From positions 46,309-110,308 of the forward strand of contig CAZHIM010000006.1 of NCBI GenBank assembly GCA_964532525.1: a DNA stretch of 64,000 bases. The letters run 5' to 3'. How positions within the stretch are numbered: position 1 is the first letter of the stretch; every line of letters begins with the position of its first letter. Shown one piece after another: positions 37,171-49,466 of the stretch. This stretch comes from an uncultured Bifidobacteriaceae bacterium (lineage in GTDB: Bacteria; Verrucomicrobiota; Verrucomicrobiia; Limisphaerales; UBA11358). The translations under genes and the position numbers were made by a program. The notes beneath the pieces are model-generated. The model saw only the letters and a program-made list of their open reading frames with translations, ran no database searches and was not told the DNA's origin.

Positions 37171-40083
37171 TTACTGCCTGCCGGTGGTCACCGAGACGTT
37201 TTCGAAGAGCGTGGAATTTAACAGGCTGTTATTGTGCGCGGTGAGGGCGAGGCCGGCGGATATTTTTTTGTTGAGGTCAACGGTCACACTGCCGGCGGCG
37301 GTCCAGTTGGCACCGTCGGCGGACAGGTAGCCGCGGAAAAGGTTGCCGGCGCGCGTGAGCTTGAGCCAGTGCGGGGGCTTGGTTTCCGGACCGTCGGCGC
37401 TGGCGGTGGAAGCGCCGGTGGCGGCGCGGGATTGCAGCACGGAACCGCCGTTGCCGGTGAGGCCGAAGAAAACATATTTCGCGCCGGGAGCGTCCGATTC
37501 GCGCAGCATCACGCCGGCCTTGGCCCACGGGTCGGTGTACTGGATGGAAACGACGCGCGCCACGATGGCGCCGTCGCCGGAAAGCGGGCGGCTGGCGAAG
37601 TGGAATGAATCGGCGGTCTCCCAGATATCGCCGCCGGAGGCGAGCAAATTGAAACGGCCGTTGAGAAAATCAGCCTCGCCGGCCACGCCCACCTTGCCAA
37701 TATCGGCGCTGCTCCAGCCCTTGGGCAGCTCGGGCGGGCGGACCGGCAGCGACAGGATCCATTCGCCGATGGCGGCGACGGCGTTGGTATCCACCAGACT
37801 CCGGGCGAGCGGCGGCATCTGGTTCTCGCCAGTGATGCTGAGGCGGTGGAAAATGAGGGAGTGGATGAGGTCGCCGGGCGTGATCACCCGCGCGCCGGGA
37901 ATGCCCAACTGGTTCGCGACGGCGCCGTTGACAAGGTTTTGCCGGGCGAGGGGCGTGTCGAAGCGGGCATCGAAGAAGACGCTGGCGGCGCCGGGGCGAT
38001 GGCACATGGAACAGTTCGCATCGAGGTAGGAGCGGGCGCGCAATTCGAGCGCCGCGCCGGCATTGGTCACGTTGACGAGATGCGGGTAACGCGAAAGCTG
38101 CCGCGCATCGAACGCGGCGTCAAAAACCCCGATGTGGCCGAGCGTCCGGAGCTGGTTGGCGGTGACGCCGTCGGGATAGGTGAAATCGCCATTGAGTTGG
38201 CGGGTCTTGATGCCGAGCACGCCGCCGGACGCAAACGTGTGGCACGTGAGACAATCCTGCCGGCCCGGGTAAAACCAGTGTTGCATGCGCGTGCCGTCGG
38301 CCGTGCGGATGGGGATGTCCTCGATGAAACCGTTGGTGACGAGGTCGGCGTCGGAATTATCGGTCCGCCATTTGTAGGTGGCGCCATACACGTAGCCGTT
38401 GGTGTCGCGGACGAGCAGGCGGGTTTCGAGCCGGCGGAGCGCCTGCGGATTTGTGTCGTCCTCGGGCAGCGCGAAATTTTTCACAAAGACGCTGCCCGCG
38501 GGGAAGGTCCATTCGCCGGTCGCGGCAAAGCTGATCGTTTGGCCCGTGGGCACGGCGAACCAGCGGGTTTTGGCGGCGCCGTCCGACCAGAGTGGGGAAT
38601 TCACGGTGTACGGCAGGAGAAAATCCGCCGGCTGCAAATCGGGCAGGCTCTTGAAGAGGCCCGTCTGGGACAGGTGCAGCGGCAGGGTCTTGGCGGGGGG
38701 CGGCGGGCCGCCGCGCCGGAGCTTGAAAATGCGCCCGCCAATGCTGCTCATCTGGCAGAAATAGATTTCACCCTCCGCATCCGTGCCGAACGACGAGAGG
38801 CCGGTGTAATCGGTGCCCGCGTTGGGGCCGGTGCCCTTGGGCATGACGCAGAGGAGGGTCTTGTTGATGGGCGTGGCGGACTCATCGAGCGCCCAGACGA
38901 TGCGGAAGACGTTATCGCCGAATATATATTTGCCGCCGAGGTCCCGCGCGAATTCGCGGCCGCGATAGAGATAGCCGCCGATCACCGCCCGGCCATCCGT
39001 GTGCGGATAATCCAGCAGCGGGCCGCGGCTGATGCCGATGTAGGGCGGCTGCATGGTGCCCAGGTTGCCCTCGCAGCGGTTCCATTGGAAATTCAGGCCA
39101 GATTCGCCCGGCTCGATGACATCAATCTCCTCGCGCGAACTTTCGCCGACGTCGCCGATGAAAATCCGGCCGCTCGGCCCGTCAAAGGTCATGCGATGGG
39201 GATTGCGCAGGCCGAGGCAGAAGAATTCCTCCAGGACATTGGACTGGCCCACGAACGGGTTGTCGTTGGGGATGAAATAATTGGCGGTGAACCCGCCGGT
39301 GGGCTGGCGGGGCGGCGGATGGCTTACGCTGCCGCCACGGCAATCCACGTCCACGCGAAAGACGCCGGAGTAGAGGCTTTTGGTGATGATCTGAGCGTTG
39401 TCGCCCACGGAATTATCGCCATCGGTCCAGTAGAGAAAGCCGTTGGTGGGATGGAAGAACATGCCGCCGCCGTGGTGCCAGACGGTCTGGTTGGTGAGGT
39501 CCACGAAGACCTTCACCGAAGCGGGAAGGGCCACGCCGTTGGCGTCGAGCGTGTAGCGTTCCAGGCGGTCATGGTAGGTGTCCGGGAGATTCGGCACGGG
39601 GCGGGCGGTGGGCGAACCGGTGACGCCGCCGGGCTTGACCCAAGTATAATATACGAACAGGAAATGGTTGGTGGCAAAGCCGGGGGGAAAGGCGATGCCG
39701 AGCAGGCCGGAATCATCCCAGCCCTGGCACTGGTTGCTGACGTCGAGCACGAGCTTTTTTTGCGCGGCGCCCGGGGAATTCTGGAACATCCAGACGCGGC
39801 CTTCACGCTCCCAGACGCACAATTGACCGGTGCCCGGGACGGCCGTGAGGCCCACGGAATTAGTGAAGAGCAGATTGGTGAAGGCCACGACGGCCGACCA
39901 GTTGCCGGAAATGGAGGGAGCGACTTCGGGCAGGGTATTGTTGAGAAAGGCCCCGACAGGCGGGCGGGCAGTCAGGCCGTAGGGACGGGCGCCTGCCGAG
40001 CAAATGAAAGTGCCCCACAATGCGAGAACGAGCAACGTCCGGCACTGATTACGAAATCGAAACTGGAAGTTTCGTACCAACAA
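37171..40083 (-). CDS. secreted multidomain protein: PQQ-dependent sugar dehydrogenase-like beta-propeller, two CxxCH haem-c motifs, C-terminal ConA/LamG-like (DUF1349-like) domain
   Basis: GLLGIAFPPGFATNHFLFVYYT and FIGDVGESSREEID (SGDH-like). CLTCH and CSMCH. The C-terminus has DIWETADSFHFA...WAKAGVMLRE...WLKLTRAGNLFRGYLSADGANW. TTG start with a signal-like N-terminus. Confidence 0.7.
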   Translation of the reverse strand: MLVRNFQFRFRNQCRTLLVLALWGTFICSAGARPYGLTARPPVGAFLNNTLPEVAPSISGNWSAVVAFTNLLFTNSVGLTAVPGTGQLCVWEREGRVWMFQNSPGAAQKKLVLDVSNQCQGWDDSGLLGIAFPPGFATNHFLFVYYTWVKPGGVTGSPTARPVPNLPDTYHDRLERYTLDANGVALPASVKVFVDLTNQTVWHHGGGMFFHPTNGFLYWTDGDNSVGDNAQIITKSLYSGVFRVDVDCRGGSVSHPPPRQPTGGFTANYFIPNDNPFVGQSNVLEEFFCLGLRNPHRMTFDGPSGRIFIGDVGESSREEIDVIEPGESGLNFQWNRCEGNLGTMQPPYIGISRGPLLDYPHTDGRAVIGGYLYRGREFARDLGGKYIFGDNVFRIVWALDESATPINKTLLCVMPKGTGPNAGTDYTGLSSFGTDAEGEIYFCQMSSIGGRIFKLRRGGPPPPAKTLPLHLSQTGLFKSLPDLQPADFLLPYTVNSPLWSDGAAKTRWFAVPTGQTISFAATGEWTFPAGSVFVKNFALPEDDTNPQALRRLETRLLVRDTNGYVYGATYKWRTDNSDADLVTNGFIEDIPIRTADGTRMQHWFYPGRQDCLTCHTFASGGVLGIKTRQLNGDFTYPDGVTANQLRTLGHIGVFDAAFDARQLSRYPHLVNVTNAGAALELRARSYLDANCSMCHRPGAASVFFDARFDTPLARQNLVNGAVANQLGIPGARVITPGDLIHSLIFHRLSITGENQMPPLARSLVDTNAVAAIGEWILSLPVRPPELPKGWSSADIGKVGVAGEADFLNGRFNLLASGGDIWETADSFHFASRPLSGDGAIVARVVSIQYTDPWAKAGVMLRESDAPGAKYVFFGLTGNGGSVLQSRAATGASTASADGPETKPPHWLKLTRAGNLFRGYLSADGANWTAAGSVTVDLNKKISAGLALTAHNNSLLNSTLFENVSVTTGRQ

Positions 40084-40201
40084 AGCGACGATAAGATTCT
40101 TCTGCAGTCGCGAACAGTCAAAGTTTTTATGTCAGATTGACAAGGCGGGCGCGGCGGCTATGATTTTGCGCGGCGCTGCGCAACGAGGGACCGGCGCAGT
40201 T

Positions 40202-40275
40202 GCGGGTGTAGTTCAATGGTAGAACGGCAGCCTTCCAAGCTGCATACGTGGGTCCGATTCCCATCACCCGCTCCA
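40202..40275 (+). tRNA. tRNA-Gly (anticodon UCC), CCA encoded
   Basis: Hand-folded cloverleaf. The acceptor stem is gcgggtg paired with cacccgc, and the D arm is gttc-aatggta-gaac. The anticodon arm is gcagc-cttccaa-gctgc and the T arm is gtggg-tccgatt-cccat, followed by tcca. Confidence 0.9.
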
Positions 40276-40580
40276 ATCTTCACAGTTCATCGCGATCAAA
40301 ATGGGCTTCATTGTCAAATAAGAAAAAGATCCGGAGTCCCTGCGCCTGGCTGAGGAACTCGCCACCACGTTGACCCAACACGATTGGGAAGTGCTTTATC
40401 AGTGGCTTCGGGTGTCAAAACTCGAAATCATCGAAAGAGCGACTGCTTCCGAAATTGATGTCCGCCACCTGCCAGATGCGGCCAACGGTCGAATGATCCC
40501 ATTCGTGGAAGTCTTTCCGTTTGGCTTGCTCTTCTATTTTGAGCGGCAGGGTGCGGTTTGGGCGGCGGTCTTCCCGCTCT

Positions 40581-41603
40581 TTACTTTCCGCCGGTTGTTT
40601 CATGGCTTGCCCTGCGGACTTTCGCCGCCGCGGCGATTCTGGCCATCGCGGCAGGGCTCATTTTCCGCTTGGCCGGCTGACGTCGCGCCGCCGGTTTCGT
40701 GGCTTTGGCCCAACGCGCCCGCGCGGCTGCCGCCATCTTTGCCCTGGCCGCTGCACTGATCCGGCGCTTGGGCTTTTTCGCCGGCTTGGCTGTTGGCGTT
40801 GGAACGGCTGCCGGCGGGGCCAGCGGTTTTGGCGACTCCGCCGGTTTTGTCATTTTCGCAGCCGGCTGGACCGGGACTTGTGCGTCAGCCAATTCAATGC
40901 CGAAAACATCCGTCAACTCCTTGTCCGTCAATGCCGGTGCGCCGTCGGTCCCCGCCGTTTGGCGGACGGCTTCGGCGGCGGAAGCTTGACTGATCAGGTC
41001 GGCGGGATCCACGCCGCGCAGCAGAAAAAGCAGTTCGGGACTTTGATCCAGCCGCGCGCCCACACCATACAACGAAGCGGCGACGTGTTTGCACAAATCG
41101 GCCCAATCGGGGCAGGAGCAATCCAAGTCAATTTCTTTGGGGGTCGGAAAAAGCCCGCCCGCGGGGCGGGTCACTATTTGCATCACCGACGAGGAGAGTT
41201 TGCCCTGGAGCAATTCCATGAGGGAATCAATTTTCCCGGCGCATTCGGTCTGGATGGATTTCCAGAGGCTGGCCGCCAGCGGCTTGATTTTGATTTCGAT
41301 CTGGTACAGCTCCGAGCCGGAAACTTGGGCGACTACTTTGCCCCGGCTGATCTGGAGATCCACCACCGAGCCGTTGCGGACATAGGTGCGGCCGCGGGGC
41401 AGGCGGTTGGCATAATCGCTGTATGCCTCCAAATTATCGCACCACGCCTTGCCCCAAAAAGTGCTGGCAATCTTGCGGCTCTCCAAGCGGACCGGCGAGG
41501 CAACCGCGCCGGTCTTTTTGGCCAGCTTGGCCAGTTCACGCGCGGCCCGGGCGCGGCGTTCCGCCACCGGCACATACGGCCGCCATTCAAAGCCCCAACT
41601 CAT
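40581..41603 (-). CDS. SWIM zinc-finger protein with basic Ala/Lys/Arg-rich C-terminal tail
   Basis: SWIM CxCx(n)CxH signature in DLDCSCPDWADLCKHVAASLYGV. Sits immediately downstream of the SNF2 helicase gene on the same strand. Confidence 0.8.
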   Translation of the reverse strand: MSWGFEWRPYVPVAERRARAARELAKLAKKTGAVASPVRLESRKIASTFWGKAWCDNLEAYSDYANRLPRGRTYVRNGSVVDLQISRGKVVAQVSGSELYQIEIKIKPLAASLWKSIQTECAGKIDSLMELLQGKLSSSVMQIVTRPAGGLFPTPKEIDLDCSCPDWADLCKHVAASLYGVGARLDQSPELLFLLRGVDPADLISQASAAEAVRQTAGTDGAPALTDKELTDVFGIELADAQVPVQPAAKMTKPAESPKPLAPPAAVPTPTAKPAKKPKRRISAAARAKMAAAARARWAKATKPAARRQPAKRKMSPAAMARIAAAAKVRRASHETTGGK

Positions 41604-41644
41604 GGTTTCTCCTGGAAAAGGGTCATCCGCATTCGCCGGAATTT

Positions 41645-44377
41645 CTAATCTTCGGCGGCAGCTTTTATATCCAACGCCACAAAACGAAGCAATTCGGAAT
41701 TGTTCATTTCCGTCATCAAGCGTTCCGCGCCTTCACCCAAGATGTCCTCGGCCAGCGCGCTTTTGCCGGCAAGGATGTCGTGAATGCGTTCTTCCAGCGT
41801 GCCGCGGCAGGTGAATTTGTGGACCATGACATTGCGCTTTTGGCCGATCCGGAAGGCGCGGTCGGTGGCTTGGTTTTCGACGGCCGGATTCCACCAGCGG
41901 TCGAAATGAATCACGTGCGAGGCGGCGGTCAGGTTGAGGCCGGTGCCGCCGGCTTTGAGCGAGAGGACAAAAAAAGGCGGACCGCCATCGCGCTGAAAGG
42001 CATCCACCAGTTCCTTGCGCTTGGCCACCGGTATTCCGCCGTGGAGCACCACCCCGGGTTGGCCAAAGACGGATTCCAAATAGCGCGCCAACGGGTCCGT
42101 GACTTCCCGGTATTGGGTGAACACCAAAACCTTCTCCTGCTTGGAGGCGATCTCTTCGCACAGTTCCCGCAGCCGATGGAATTTGCCGCTGTCTGCCGGG
42201 GCATAGGCCCCATCGCCGAGCCATTGCGATGGATGATTGCAAATCTGTTTGAAGCGGGTCAGGAAGGCCAGGATGATGCCCCGCCGCTGGATGCCCTCGG
42301 TTTCCGGCGCCCCCAGCCGCTCGGCCAGTTCCTCCACGGATTGCTGATAGAGCGCGGCTTGGCGGCGGGTCAGCGGGCAAAAGGCGGTCACCTCGGTCTT
42401 TTCCGGCAGATCGCTGATGATGCGTTTGTCCGTTTTGAGCCGGCGCAAAATGTAGGGCCGCACCAATCGGCGCAACGGGGCAAATTGGTTCTGGTCCCCC
42501 TGGGCGCGGCTTTTCAAAAACGCCGCGAACTCTTTGGCGCCGCCCAGCAGCCCGGGACAAAGGAAGTCGAAGAGCGACCACAAATCCGAAAGCCGGTTTT
42601 CGATCGGCGTGCCACTGAGCGCGATGCGGTGCCGGCAACGCAGTTCCTTGACCGCGCGGCTCTGGCGCGCCCCGGCATTTTTGATGGCCTGGGCTTCATC
42701 CAGGATGACCAGGTTCCAAGTCATCTCCTTGAGCCAGGCCAGGCGCACGGCCATCGCATAGCTGGTAATCACCAGTTCGCTGCCGGCCAGGGCCAGGGCC
42801 GGATTTCGGGAGACCGCCGCCAGCTGTTCCGTGGAGGTTTCCGCCGGATGCGCGTAGCGGACCGACAACGACGGCGAAAACTTTTGAATTTCGGCTTTCC
42901 AGTTGGCGATGAGCGATGCCGGCACAATCAGCAAACTCGGCCGGGACTCATCGGCGTTTTTCGCGGCGCTCCGCCGGCGCCTGAGGGCGAGCAGCAGCGC
43001 GATCACTTGAATCGTTTTGCCCAAACCCATGTCATCGGCCAGACACGCGCCGAGACCGAGCTGGTTCATGAACCAGAGCCAGTGCAGGCCCTGCCGTTGG
43101 TACGGACGCAACGTCGCGTGTAAATCGCTTCCCGGATCGGATTCGGCGGAGGCTTCCGGTTGCTGCATTTCCTCGAGCAAGGTTTTTAATTGGCGGCCCG
43201 CGATGACGCTCGACCAATCGGCCCGCGCCGCTTCCGCTTCCGGCTCGACTCCCTGGCCGGGTTGAAAACCAGACAGCAGCCGCAATCCGTCCAACAACGG
43301 CAAGCCGGCCGGCCCGGCGGCGGCTTGGACTTTTTTCCAGTGTTCCAGGACCTGTTGGAGTTTGTCCCGGTCCACTTCCACCCATTTGCCCTTGAGCAAC
43401 GTCAGACCGCTGGTGGATTGCAGGATCGCCCGCAATTCCGATTCCGTCAGCGGTTCGCCCTCCAGCGAAATACCCACTTGGAAGTCCAACAGGCTGTCCT
43501 TGCCCAGAAGATTTCCCTTGGCTTCGCCAATGCGCACGCTCACCTGCGGGCGGGGCGGACGGCCCGCCTTCCACCAATCGGGAATGCGAACCACCAAACC
43601 GCTTTGCTCGAACAGCGGAATCTCCTTCAAAAAAGCGAAGGCCTGGTCCGGCCGCCACACCTGCGGATGAAAAATGGCGCGGGAATCCAGCATTTGGCGG
43701 GCGACTTTGCTCGTTTCGGCGGCGCGTTGAACCGGCGAGAGCAAGGCCGCCAGCGCCGCCCGGTTTTTGGCCCCGGCATATTCCTCCAACGCCCGGCCCA
43801 GCGGCAGATGCTGCACCTTGCCTTGCTCGGAAACCCGATTGGTATAGGTGGCCAAAAACGCGAACGGATGGGCCGGATTGCGCTTGTTTTCCGCCAGATG
43901 AAACGTCACCCGCCCCACCGAGTTCCAGAGCGGATTGCAACTTTTGAGGTAAGCCGCCGTCCCACCGGACGTTCGGGCGATGGCGGCATGAACCTGAGCG
44001 TCCAATTCATCCCACAATCGCGCCAGGGTGGGGCCGTTTAAATGATCGAGCCCCTTCATCGGCGGCGCCGATTCGGCCAGCGCCGCAAAATCCGTCTCCG
44101 TGGGTTTGGCAATCGTCAGGTGGGACGCACCATTGAGATCCGGATGGTGGCAGAGTGCCGTGAACAGCCGCTGGGCAAACCCGCGCCAGAACCCGAAGGT
44201 CGGTGGCAGCGGTTCCCGCAGGAAATCCGACGCCAGCGTTTCCAAGCCGCGCGCCGTCGAGACAGCAAAAGCCTCGTTGAGCCGCGCGCCGGCCGCGGCG
44301 CTGAGTTTCGGCTCCGCCTGGTCGTCGGGTTCGAGGAATAAATGTCCGGCTGGTGACAGCGCCAATGCGTGCGACAC
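41645..44377 (-). CDS. SNF2-family helicase/ATPase (HelZ-like, long N-terminal SNF2-associated region)
   Basis: LRPYQRQGLHWL, CLADDMGLGKTIQ (motif I), ILDEAQAIKN (motif II), LSGTPIENRLSDLWSLFDF, SLKAGGTGLNLTAASHVIHFDRWWNP, QATDRAFRIGQ. Confidence 0.9.
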   Translation of the reverse strand: MSHALALSPAGHLFLEPDDQAEPKLSAAAGARLNEAFAVSTARGLETLASDFLREPLPPTFGFWRGFAQRLFTALCHHPDLNGASHLTIAKPTETDFAALAESAPPMKGLDHLNGPTLARLWDELDAQVHAAIARTSGGTAAYLKSCNPLWNSVGRVTFHLAENKRNPAHPFAFLATYTNRVSEQGKVQHLPLGRALEEYAGAKNRAALAALLSPVQRAAETSKVARQMLDSRAIFHPQVWRPDQAFAFLKEIPLFEQSGLVVRIPDWWKAGRPPRPQVSVRIGEAKGNLLGKDSLLDFQVGISLEGEPLTESELRAILQSTSGLTLLKGKWVEVDRDKLQQVLEHWKKVQAAAGPAGLPLLDGLRLLSGFQPGQGVEPEAEAARADWSSVIAGRQLKTLLEEMQQPEASAESDPGSDLHATLRPYQRQGLHWLWFMNQLGLGACLADDMGLGKTIQVIALLLALRRRRSAAKNADESRPSLLIVPASLIANWKAEIQKFSPSLSVRYAHPAETSTEQLAAVSRNPALALAGSELVITSYAMAVRLAWLKEMTWNLVILDEAQAIKNAGARQSRAVKELRCRHRIALSGTPIENRLSDLWSLFDFLCPGLLGGAKEFAAFLKSRAQGDQNQFAPLRRLVRPYILRRLKTDKRIISDLPEKTEVTAFCPLTRRQAALYQQSVEELAERLGAPETEGIQRRGIILAFLTRFKQICNHPSQWLGDGAYAPADSGKFHRLRELCEEIASKQEKVLVFTQYREVTDPLARYLESVFGQPGVVLHGGIPVAKRKELVDAFQRDGGPPFFVLSLKAGGTGLNLTAASHVIHFDRWWNPAVENQATDRAFRIGQKRNVMVHKFTCRGTLEERIHDILAGKSALAEDILGEGAERLMTEMNNSELLRFVALDIKAAAED

Positions 44378-44419
44378 GCTGGCGAATATACTGCGACTCC
44401 AGGCAGTGCCGAGCGAAAA

Positions 44420-45421
44420 ATGGCCATGCCTTGGCGGACTAAATCCTGGGACATGGCTTTCCGGAGGCTTCTAAAAGGCCTCGTTTTTTCTGGCGCCATC
44501 GGTGATTCTGTCCACGTGCCGGTTCCTGAGACAACGTCTGCCGAGGCCTTCGAGCGTTATGTGGGCGGAAAATGTCTGCGGGTGGGCCGCGGCGAAGCCT
44601 GGCGGGACATCAAGGCGTGGACCGTCGCCCTGCCGCGCGTCGCCGATGTCTTGCACCTTCCCTCCGTCAGCGAACCGTTTCTCGCCTGGACCATTTCGGG
44701 TGAGGTGGAATTCCAGGAACGGGAAGACCACGGGCCTTGGATGACGCGGCGGATTACGAAGGGTTCTTTCTTTCTCACGACGGGAGGCGCTCCCTATGAT
44801 TGCCGCTGGAAAGCGGTGACCGCCGAGCCCTTTGAATCCATGGCGGTCTTCATCGCGCTGCCGCTGGTTCAGCGCGCCTTGGCGGAAGTTTTCGGGGAAG
44901 CCGCGGATCACGCCCGGCTGCGGAATATCTCCGGGTTCACCGATGTGGCGTTGAATTCCTGGATGGAGCGGCTGCGCGAGGAGTTGCTGCGCCGGCACGC
45001 CAGTCCACTTTTTCTGGAAGGCATCGCGCAAGCCATCGCCATCCATCTGGCGCGCAACTATGCCGAAACGGCCAAGGAGTCGCCCAGCGGCAGCCCGTCC
45101 CTGCCAGGTTTCAAGCTCCAGCAAATATCCAACTGGATGGCGGAACACCTGGCCGAAGACTTCAGCCTGGAGCAACTGGCGGCCCAGGCGGGGGTCAGCA
45201 AGTTTTACTTCACCCGCCTGTTCAAGAATGCCATGGGCGTGTCGCCCTCACGCCACCTGCTGACCTTGCGGATGGACGAAGCCAAACGCCTGCTCCGTGA
45301 AACAAAACGGAGCGTGGTGGACATCGCCCTGGATGTCGGCTACGCCAATCCCAGCCACTTCGCCCGGTTCTTCCGCCGCGAAACCGGCCTGGCTCCCAGC
45401 GATTATCGCCAGCAGCGTTGA
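44420..45421 (+). CDS. AraC family transcriptional regulator
   Basis: The C-terminal double HTH reads FSLEQLAAQAGVSKFYFTRLFKNAMGVSPSRHLL...IALDVGYANPSHFARFFRRETGLAPSDYR. The start is uncertain, ATG at 44420 or 44453. Confidence 0.85.
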   Translation: MAMPWRTKSWDMAFRRLLKGLVFSGAIGDSVHVPVPETTSAEAFERYVGGKCLRVGRGEAWRDIKAWTVALPRVADVLHLPSVSEPFLAWTISGEVEFQEREDHGPWMTRRITKGSFFLTTGGAPYDCRWKAVTAEPFESMAVFIALPLVQRALAEVFGEAADHARLRNISGFTDVALNSWMERLREELLRRHASPLFLEGIAQAIAIHLARNYAETAKESPSGSPSLPGFKLQQISNWMAEHLAEDFSLEQLAAQAGVSKFYFTRLFKNAMGVSPSRHLLTLRMDEAKRLLRETKRSVVDIALDVGYANPSHFARFFRRETGLAPSDYRQQR

Positions 45422-45657
45422 CGCCGCCGCGCGGGGATTTGGCCGTGAAACGGTTTGGAAATGCCATTCCGGAACTTGGGGGGTAACACCGTATATCTTC
45501 ACACAACCCGCCTGATATCATCCAAAGCATGAATGATCAGGTTTTCGCCGGGCCACACTTTTGAGCAATATCAGAACAGGTGGAGCAACCCCGTGTGCGA
45601 CAGCCGGGCCATCGTGGCGTAGAGTCGTTTCAACATTTGAATGCAAAGATTGAAATT

Positions 45658-48793
<3,136 letters not shown>

Positions 48794-48816
48794 GACCGAA
48801 ACCGGACGAGCGTACG

Positions 48817-49413
48817 ATGACCAACATCCTCATTCTCGGCGCCCACGGCCAGATTGCCCGCGTGGCCACCGGCCTGTTCTTGAAGCACACCGACGCGCGG
48901 CTGACGCTTTACCTGCGCCATGCCCGGCGGCTCAAGTTAACGGGCCGCGCCGACCGCGTGCGCGTGGTGGAAGGCGATGTCCTGGACGCGAAAACGCTGG
49001 AATCGGCCATGGCCGGCCAGGATGTCGTGTATGCCAACCTTGCCGGTCAGTTGGAGCAACAGGCCCGGTGTATCGTGACGGCGATGAAGAAAGCCGGCCT
49101 CAAGCGTCTGATCTTCATCAGCTCGATGGGCATTTATGACGAGATTCCAGGGGAACGGCATGGCAGCATTCTTGAACCCTACTGCAAGTCAGCCAGCATC
49201 GTCGAGGCATCCGGGCTCGACTACACCATCCTGCGGCCCGCATGGCTGAATAACTTGGACGAAATCGCCTACGGGACAACCCGAAAAGGCGAGCCATTCA
49301 AAAACGCTGCCGAGGTGGTTTCGCGCAAGAGCGTGGCCGATCTTGTCGTCAAACTGGCGACGACACCGGGGCTCGAAATCCGGAGCAGTTTGGGCGTGCA
49401 CAAAACACCTTGA
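48817..49413 (+). CDS. NAD(P)H-binding atypical SDR (NmrA-like)
   Basis: ILILGAHGQIARVATGLFL glycine-rich start, YTILRPAWL. About 198 aa. ATG at 48817 chosen. Confidence 0.7.
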   Translation: MTNILILGAHGQIARVATGLFLKHTDARLTLYLRHARRLKLTGRADRVRVVEGDVLDAKTLESAMAGQDVVYANLAGQLEQQARCIVTAMKKAGLKRLIFISSMGIYDEIPGERHGSILEPYCKSASIVEASGLDYTILRPAWLNNLDEIAYGTTRKGEPFKNAAEVVSRKSVADLVVKLATTPGLEIRSSLGVHKTP

Positions 49414-49466
49414 GGCAATCAGCCGAGGCGCACAGGAATAAATTCACCAATCAAAACGACTAAATT

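Noticed and set aside
37846-40140. 764-aa plus-strand ORF
   Set aside because: It is antisense to the SGDH-like/haem-c gene. It is Gly/Ala/Arg-rich and low-complexity with no motifs, so it is a shadow ORF.
40370-40759. 129-aa plus-strand ORF overlapping the SWIM gene 3' end
   Set aside because: Its 3' two thirds is antisense to the SWIM protein tail and looks compositional (Pro/Arg/Trp-rich). Only the 5' part (40370..40580) is protein-like, and that is discussed as an unresolved finding instead of being called as a feature.
41423-43123. 566-aa plus-strand ORF
   Set aside because: It is antisense to the SNF2 helicase, whose motifs I-VI are all present on the minus strand.
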